Shown here one piece after another: positions 36,203-41,730 of a DNA stretch of 41,730 nucleotides. The stretch spans positions 1 to 41,730 of the forward strand of contig CAZLTI010000002.1 of NCBI GenBank assembly GCA_964562335.1, read 5' to 3'. The notes beneath the pieces are model-generated. The model did not search any database and was not told the origin of the DNA. It saw only the letters and a list, made by a program, of their open reading frames with translations. Position 1 is the first letter of the stretch; the number at the start of each line of letters is the position of its first letter. The translations under genes and the position numbers were made by a program. The DNA is from an uncultured Pseudomonadota bacterium (GTDB lineage: Bacteria; SAR324; XYD2-FULL-50-16).

Positions 36203-39200
36203 ATGGCAGCACCCAATCAATATGCAGGCGATCCCGAATCGCAGTCCCCATATAAAACTGGAGATTCCGATTCGCCGGAACTGAAAATCCGTTTTGTCAG
36301 TCTGCTCGACCGTCGGCAGATAGAAGGAATGGATATCGTCGAAAAATTGCTGAAGGAAAAGGGATTTGCCGTCGAGCATTTCGAATACAAGGTTACCGTT
36401 CAGTCCGAGGTTCGGAGACCGATCAATCCGATGGTGAAGAACGGTCCCACGGAAAAGGTGAAGATCCAAAAGCGAATCAATATCGATACGCAGCTGAAAG
36501 CGTTGAAGCAGTTGGTCTGGCGTGTACAAAAGGAGTCGGAAAATGTTCTCCTGCTTCGGATCAAACGCATCAAGGGAGAGCCCGTTTGCTTTCCCCTTAT
36601 TTTCGATGCGCTTTTTGGCAAGGGAAAGCAGGTGCTCGTCGCCGGCTCCACAAAACAGGTCTGGACGCAGCTGCTGGCAAAACCCGATCTGACGTTCAAG
36701 GAGATTCCCTTGATCGTTCGGAACCATACAAGTTGTCTTACCACTCTGCTGAGCCGGTCGAAAAGAGCCAAGGCCATGCAGTCCGCCATGCGGGACCTTC
36801 AGAGTTTCCATACGCTTCCCAAAACGGTTTTCGAAAAAATCAAGGCGATCGCCATCGGCAAAAAAACCGAATTGTCGGATGCGGAAGCGGTTAATCTGCT
36901 TCTGCTTTCCGACCTTTACAATCGGTATGCGCAGCTGTTCGAGAATTTCCGGAGCGATGTGATGTCCGGGACGGTAGCCGTCGACGTCCTTTCCAAACAA
37001 TTTGCCGCATTAACGAAAAATATTGGAACGGAATATCTGAAAACCAAATTGGAGCCCTATTTGGCGGAAGAGGATGCGGGCAATTGTCGGAGAAACGACC
37101 ATCTGTTTATCCTGCTGTATCGGAATTTGAAGAGGCTGGACGAACCGACAAAAAAGAAGGAGGGCACAGTCCTAGACCGCACTCTGCTTTTCGGTCTGCT
37201 GAAAAGCATCGTCTTTATAGCGCGCAGCCAGTTCGATCCCCAATACTGGGGTCGGTGCCTTTTTTTCTTCGATACGAACGACAAGGAAACAAAAGAGGAG
37301 GACAACCGGAAGGCCGTCGATGCGCTGACCGACCGCAGCCGGGTGCATTTGGAAAAAAAACATGCATCCTCCAGAGAAAGTCTGTTCGAACAATATGTTA
37401 TTCACAATGTCCATAAACACGTTCTGGACAGGGAAATATGGATATCAGAACGGCACCTGCCGGAACTCGAAAGGAGCGCCATAGAGGATATCGTAATGCC
37501 CAACCTGCATTTTCGGCTCGCGGAGGGGAAAGAGGCGCAGGAAAGCAACGGTCTGTTCGTGCGCGACGATCCGCCGGCGGGAGCACTTGTTTACCCTGTT
37601 CATTTTGTGGCGAAGGCGTACGGCCGGATCGTCAACCGACGTCTCTACTTTAACACAAAAAAATTACTGGAACAGGGCACAGCCGACCTGAAGAGGCGAT
37701 ATGGCACGCTATTTTTCGATATTTTTTACGACCGTGCCGTTTTCGAGCCCGGATTTTCCGTTTCCAGAAAGCACTACTTTGCGTTCCTGCAGTCCCATTT
37801 CTCCTTTAAGAAACCGCAGGAAATCGGCTATGCGGAACCAAAGACGGAAACCGCTTTCGAGCGGATGTCGACATCCAACATCGTTCGCGGCGGAGAGGAA
37901 TCGATGTTTGCCGCCAGCTTTACCAATGAGGATTTTCGGCGGGAATATGAAAAAAGTCGGAAGCGGTTTGCCGGATTCTTCAAAAACCTGACCAAGCTGG
38001 GAGAAACCGACGGGGAGGAGTGCAATCCCGTCCCCATATTCTTGGATGGTGTAAAGGAAGGAAACCGCAATTTTCGTTCCTCCCATTTCAGAAAGCAGGT
38101 TCGGGAAACCTTCCTGTATGAGGAGCTGGAAAAAATCGTAACCCAATGCTGTGCCGGAATCCTGCCGGAGCTGAGGGCGGCTGCCGTCAACGACAAAATA
38201 GCCGTGCCGATACCGGCAAGATTCGATTCCGTTTTGTTTATCGGAAACACCTTTTTGGTTGCGGACGAATATAGGAATCTTCAAGTAAGACTGCTGGCGA
38301 ATCCGGATGCAGAGGGGGAGGACTCGGCGGAGTGGCCGCGTATCTTCTTCCAAAAATTCGAATCGTGTTTGACATCGGAAGCCACGGCAGGCCGAAAGGG
38401 ACTGCTCCAGGCAATTCGGATTCTTCAGGAATACAGCAGGGTCTCGTCGAATTTCCTACGCTATCTGTCGCTACTCGTGTTGGACCGGCATATCCAAAAT
38501 ATCCTGATCGCCCAGAAGGAGCGGGAAAAGTTTTCTCCCGCCCATATCAAATATTATCTGCCCGATTCCCAAAAGCTCTTTGTCGGCAACGTTCGCGATA
38601 CGAACCTCGACCCCGTCCGGCAAAACGAAGGAGGGGGGAGAGAGGCGGAAAGCCGGGGATCGGACACGATGGCTTTGGGAAAGTTTCTCCAGGCGATGGC
38701 ATATTACGACGCAGCCGTAAGGGACCTCGCAGCAAGGCGGAATATCTGCTCCAATGTTCTGCATCTTCTGGACAATTTAACCGATAGTCTCAAAAAGAGC
38801 AAAAGGTGGAAGAGCTATGCCAACATGACGCAAAAGTTCCATGCTATCTTCTCGAACCCGGTAGAGAATTTCGATGAAAGGCTCCTGAATCTAATGTCCG
38901 CTCTCGGTCATACGATGAAAAAGATCGTCGACAAGGAGGAATATAAAAACGGTATTGTCGGACTGCTGCATGCCGAATGGAAGCGCAGAAATCCAACCAG
39001 AGAAAAGGAGATATACTATTTTTTGCCCTTTTTGAGCGTCAATGCCGGCTTCAGTGAAAACAGCGTCCTGAAAGTCCGTACTGCCCGCGATTTCATGCGC
39101 AAGTTGAAAAGGAAGCGCTGCCTTGTGCTATTGGCGGAAGGATCGAAGGGATACCACGTCAAGCAAATCATCCAAATCGGCGCCTTCGTAAAAGAAAAAC

Positions 39201-39394
39201 TGAGAGGAGTAACGGTCTTCGTCGAAACGGGTTCCCTATCCGGCGAGACCATCGATACGCTGTGCAGGGAGTTTCCCCCAAAGAACCTGTTCGTTCTCAA
39301 CAGGCTCTCCCCGATTGCCTACGACGACAAAGAGGCGGAACGAATCCGGCATTCGACAGCCGGGAAACCATCGATGGAAAAAGAGCGGATATAA
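36203..39394 (+). CDS. Large hypothetical protein (1063 aa), no recognisable domain
   Basis: This is an uninterrupted 3192-nt ORF, the longest in the window. Composition and codon use look like the neighbouring genes by eye. There is no signal peptide and no motif I can name. The ATG at 36203 has no obvious SD, and an alternative ATG is at 36329. Confidence 0.75.
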   Translation: MAAPNQYAGDPESQSPYKTGDSDSPELKIRFVSLLDRRQIEGMDIVEKLLKEKGFAVEHFEYKVTVQSEVRRPINPMVKNGPTEKVKIQKRINIDTQLKALKQLVWRVQKESENVLLLRIKRIKGEPVCFPLIFDALFGKGKQVLVAGSTKQVWTQLLAKPDLTFKEIPLIVRNHTSCLTTLLSRSKRAKAMQSAMRDLQSFHTLPKTVFEKIKAIAIGKKTELSDAEAVNLLLLSDLYNRYAQLFENFRSDVMSGTVAVDVLSKQFAALTKNIGTEYLKTKLEPYLAEEDAGNCRRNDHLFILLYRNLKRLDEPTKKKEGTVLDRTLLFGLLKSIVFIARSQFDPQYWGRCLFFFDTNDKETKEEDNRKAVDALTDRSRVHLEKKHASSRESLFEQYVIHNVHKHVLDREIWISERHLPELERSAIEDIVMPNLHFRLAEGKEAQESNGLFVRDDPPAGALVYPVHFVAKAYGRIVNRRLYFNTKKLLEQGTADLKRRYGTLFFDIFYDRAVFEPGFSVSRKHYFAFLQSHFSFKKPQEIGYAEPKTETAFERMSTSNIVRGGEESMFAASFTNEDFRREYEKSRKRFAGFFKNLTKLGETDGEECNPVPIFLDGVKEGNRNFRSSHFRKQVRETFLYEELEKIVTQCCAGILPELRAAAVNDKIAVPIPARFDSVLFIGNTFLVADEYRNLQVRLLANPDAEGEDSAEWPRIFFQKFESCLTSEATAGRKGLLQAIRILQEYSRVSSNFLRYLSLLVLDRHIQNILIAQKEREKFSPAHIKYYLPDSQKLFVGNVRDTNLDPVRQNEGGGREAESRGSDTMALGKFLQAMAYYDAAVRDLAARRNICSNVLHLLDNLTDSLKKSKRWKSYANMTQKFHAIFSNPVENFDERLLNLMSALGHTMKKIVDKEEYKNGIVGLLHAEWKRRNPTREKEIYYFLPFLSVNAGFSENSVLKVRTARDFMRKLKRKRCLVLLAEGSKGYHVKQIIQIGAFVKEKLRGVTVFVETGSLSGETIDTLCREFPPKNLFVLNRLSPIAYDDKEAERIRHSTAGKPSMEKERI

Positions 39395-39453
39395 CCTGCG
39401 ATTTTGAAACGGTTATTTTTTGCAGAAGGTTTGGTGCAAAGCGGCGGGTCTCC

Positions 39454-39495
39454 CGGCTGTTTCGGGCGGAACGAACCTTTTGCCCGAAACAGCCG
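39454..39495. terminator. 14-bp-stem hairpin between convergent genes (candidate bidirectional terminator or stabiliser; no U-tract)
   Basis: CGGCTGTTTCGGGC (39454-39467) is the exact reverse complement of GCCCGAAACAGCCG (39482-39495), with a 14-nt loop. It lies between the stops at 39394 (+) and 39528 (-). Confidence 0.35.
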
Positions 39496-39527
39496 AAGAA
39501 AAGGAGGGGAAGTGACGATATTTCGGA

Positions 39528-40754
39528 TCAGAAGTTGTAGCCGACAAAAAGCCGGTAGCCCTTCGGTTCGATGGATATCTCCTCCAGCGCGGTGGCGGCA
39601 GCTCCCATATAGGGCTTCGTAATCTTCTTCTCCTGCGCGACGGAATAGAGAGAGAGAGTCATACCCTCCAGCGGATACCAGGAAAGACCGGCGTGGGTGA
39701 TGATGGTTTCCGTCTCCTGATCGTTCAGCTCCTCCAGCTCCTTTTCGAGTTCCACTTCCCGATGAAACCCCAAAACCACGTTGCTAAACTTTACCTCCGC
39801 AGTGATAAAGGTTGTGGTCGTTTTGGGATGGAGCGACGCTACATCTCCGTCCGAAGCCTCTTCGACCGATTCGGGAGAGCTGATCATGGAGTACTCCAGT
39901 TTGAATTGCGTCCCGTCGGGTTCTCCGGTCACCAATCCGATTCCGACGTTGGTATTCATCCAGCTATTCTCCACATAGTCCAAATCGGCTACTGTTTTTA
40001 CCGGTAGCCCGGTTAGCGGGTGTGGAGCATTTTCTATATATTTATGGGTTCCCGTCTGTTTGACGGCCTCGACGCCGCCCGCGAGGTAGAAGATGTCCGC
40101 GAACCGCCAGGAGGTATCCAGACTTGTGCCGACCGTCGTGATTTCCGTATCCGTAGCCTTGTCGTAGGACAGTGTGAAAAGTTCAGGAGGGTTTACTTGT
40201 TGGTTAACCCCTAAAACTTTGCCCTTTACCGTCTCCTCCCTTTTATTGACGTTGGAGTGGTATCCGAATCCGACCGATAGGGTCTCGGCAAAAACGTATG
40301 CAAAGGAGAGCTTTGTGTCCTTAACCTCCTCTTTGGTTACGTTTTTATTAAGATAAACCTTCCCTGCTATATTTGCTGCATTCGCAAGCGTTGCCGTCGG
40401 CATACCCGGCAAATCGAATTCCAGATCTTGGTTCACTCCATTTGTGGTGGAAGTCCATAGCTCTGCCGCGAACGCTCCCGTTTTGTAGACGGCCAGCAGA
40501 GCGGGGTTCGATCCGCTGTCGTCCGGTCCGTCCGCTTTCAAACCTGCATCGATGGTTCCTTCGGTTTCGTCCGCTATGATCACATCTCCGTCTGCCGAGA
40601 TGGCATCCAGGGAGATCGTGCTGTTGTATCTCCAGCCTGCGGCTGCGGGAGTAGAGGTATAAAATCCCTGATCCAGATTCGGCGTCGCGACTTGGGCATG
40701 GGCGGCTGTGGCAATACAGGTCAGTAGAGCCGCGAGTAGTAGCTTTTTGATCAT
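39528..40754 (-). CDS. Outer-membrane beta-barrel protein (porin-like), unknown family
   Basis: The ATG at 40754 follows GAGAGG with a 5-nt spacer. The signal peptide is MIKKLLLAALLTCIATAAHA-Q. The sequence has an alternating amphipathic pattern rich in G/T/S/Y/N, and the C terminus (..YRLFVGYNF) ends in Phe, the typical OMP beta-signal. Confidence 0.75.
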   Translation of the reverse strand: MIKKLLLAALLTCIATAAHAQVATPNLDQGFYTSTPAAAGWRYNSTISLDAISADGDVIIADETEGTIDAGLKADGPDDSGSNPALLAVYKTGAFAAELWTSTTNGVNQDLEFDLPGMPTATLANAANIAGKVYLNKNVTKEEVKDTKLSFAYVFAETLSVGFGYHSNVNKREETVKGKVLGVNQQVNPPELFTLSYDKATDTEITTVGTSLDTSWRFADIFYLAGGVEAVKQTGTHKYIENAPHPLTGLPVKTVADLDYVENSWMNTNVGIGLVTGEPDGTQFKLEYSMISSPESVEEASDGDVASLHPKTTTTFITAEVKFSNVVLGFHREVELEKELEELNDQETETIITHAGLSWYPLEGMTLSLYSVAQEKKITKPYMGAAATALEEISIEPKGYRLFVGYNF

Positions 40755-40923
40755 TTTTGCCTCTCTGCTTACGATTGACGGCAGCATTCGCCTTCTGCAA
40801 TTTCAGGCGGCAATGGAAAAATGTCGATCATTTTCTCTAACATTGAGCATGGTCTACCAAGTCGATTGACGTTTGTCAAGCAATGCGGAAAAATAGTCGG
40901 AACAAACGCATCGGTTCACCAAA

Positions 40924-41658
40924 ATGAGGAACGTAAAAATGCTGGAATGGAAAAATATATGGAAAGGCGTGGCAACTCTGCTGGCTTTGCTGTTCGGCAC
41001 GGTCTCTTCTGCCGAGGTTGTATTTCGGTTGGATTTCGCTTCGGCAAGCGGCAGTGCGGAAGAGTGGTTTTCGAAAAGGGGCTGGGAGTTCAAAGAGGAT
41101 ATGGAAGAGATGAATCCCCGTTTCGAAAACGGCAGTCTGGTGATCGAACCGGACGACGACGATCTGGGAGCCATCGTCGTACAATTCAAGGACGGAGACT
41201 ATATATCCGCATCGCGCGTGAGGATCGAATGGGGTGTCCATCAGTATCTGGCCGGCGCAAATTGGGAGGGTCCGAAGTCGAAAAAAAGGAATACGAGAGA
41301 ACCCGTGTCGCTAATGATCTTTTTCGGTAAAGAGCGGATCGATAGCGGCAGCGCGTTCGTTCCCAACCTGCCCTACTTTATTTCCTTTTTTTTGGGGGAG
41401 AAGGAGAAACCCGGAAAGGCGTACTACGGAAACTACTGGCAAAAAGGCGGACGATATCTCTGCGAACCGTGCGACGGTTCCCTCGGCAAAACATTTGTCA
41501 CCGATGTGAGGATTTCCGATAAGTTTCAGGAGTTCTTTGGCAAAAAAGCGCCTCCAGTCACCAGTTTGACGATAGGGGTGGACGCTCAGGATACGGAGAA
41601 GAAAAACGGCAGGTACTCCAAAGCGTTCATCAAAAAAATCGAACTGTTTGACGATTAG
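40924..41658 (+). CDS. Secreted protein, DUF3047-like (tentative)
   Basis: The signal-like N terminus is WKGVATLLALLFGTVSSAEV. Blocks RVRIEWGV, EPVSLMIFFG and LTIGVDAQDTEKK...AFIKKIELF resemble the DUF3047 pattern as I remember it. An alternative start at ATG 40939 has a better SD (GAGGA). Confidence 0.5.
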   Translation: MRNVKMLEWKNIWKGVATLLALLFGTVSSAEVVFRLDFASASGSAEEWFSKRGWEFKEDMEEMNPRFENGSLVIEPDDDDLGAIVVQFKDGDYISASRVRIEWGVHQYLAGANWEGPKSKKRNTREPVSLMIFFGKERIDSGSAFVPNLPYFISFFLGEKEKPGKAYYGNYWQKGGRYLCEPCDGSLGKTFVTDVRISDKFQEFFGKKAPPVTSLTIGVDAQDTEKKNGRYSKAFIKKIELFDD

Positions 41659-41662
41659 CCTT

Positions 41663-41702
41663 GACGAAGCAGTAAAAAATCCGCCGAAAATTGCGGATTG
41701 TT
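41663..41702 (+). repeat. Solo arm of the modular palindromic repeat family (diverged)
   Basis: GACGAAGCAGTAAAAAATCCGCCGAAAATTGCGGATTGTT aligns to the arm consensus TGATGAAGCGGTAAAAAGTCGAAAAATTGCRCGRATTGTCA. It starts 5 nt after the stop codon at 41658 and contains a 6-bp hairpin, ATCCGC-N8-GCGGAT. Confidence 0.55.
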
Positions 41703-41730
41703 TCAAAAAAAAATCTTGTCAGGGAGGATG

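Noticed and set aside
36148-36255. A 35-codon upstream ORF (MEMASGTLKQIRNRSDPFDG...) overlapping the start of the 1063-aa ORF in another frame.
   Set aside because: It is short, its SD is only weak (TAAGAG), and I have no conservation information. It is noted only as a possible leader peptide to check with Ribo-seq.

Overview
This is a 41.7-kb chromosomal segment from a Gram-negative, probably anaerobic bacterium. That inference rests on LpxH, a beta-barrel OMP ending in Phe, the Ni-CODH CooS and cobalamin nucleotide-loop genes. Most of the window is ordinary metabolic or housekeeping operons. (i) 1-9118 (+): sugar ABC transporter (SBP, two permeases, ATPase), a ROK-type kinase with an unexplained N-terminal extension, a GMC oxidoreductase and a Zn-ADH. 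(ii) 9305-15486 (-): E2, E3 and a fused E1 alpha-beta 2-oxoacid dehydrogenase, plus transaldolase. (iii) 15733-16450 (+): HEPN/MNT toxin-antitoxin pair. (iv) 16555-24886 (-): cobU-cbiB-cobS, tex, nadE, a DsbA-like protein and lpxH. (v) tRNA-Met(CAU), a solitary DUF2442 gene and yggT. (vi) 26393-30395 (-): a dedicated ECF transporter (S, fused A1A2, T) co-oriented with a DUF62 SAM hydroxide adenosyltransferase. (vii) A MOT1-like anion transporter, a small membrane protein, a stand-alone cooS and a LysM-M23 peptidase. (viii) A 1063-aa orphan ORF, a porin-like OMP and a DUF3047-like secreted protein. Several non-coding structures are not explained by the genes. A modular palindromic repeat family has three full copies, all in divergent promoter spacers, and two solo arms just 3' of stop codons. 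A 357-bp AT-rich segment is bounded by perfect 17-bp inverted repeats and contains a 23-bp perfect hairpin abutting a sigma70-like promoter. A 105/101-bp tandem duplication covers the 3' end of the MOT1-like gene. I saw no CRISPR array, transposase, integrase, rRNA or recognisable multi-gene defence island. The strongest candidates for something undescribed are the orphan 1063-aa protein and the repeat family, followed by the ECF-DUF62 linkage and the TIR-bounded AT-rich element. All functional calls come from reading motifs in the supplied translations by eye; no database search was possible. Start codons are best guesses: the ORF track uses GTG/TTG as well as ATG.
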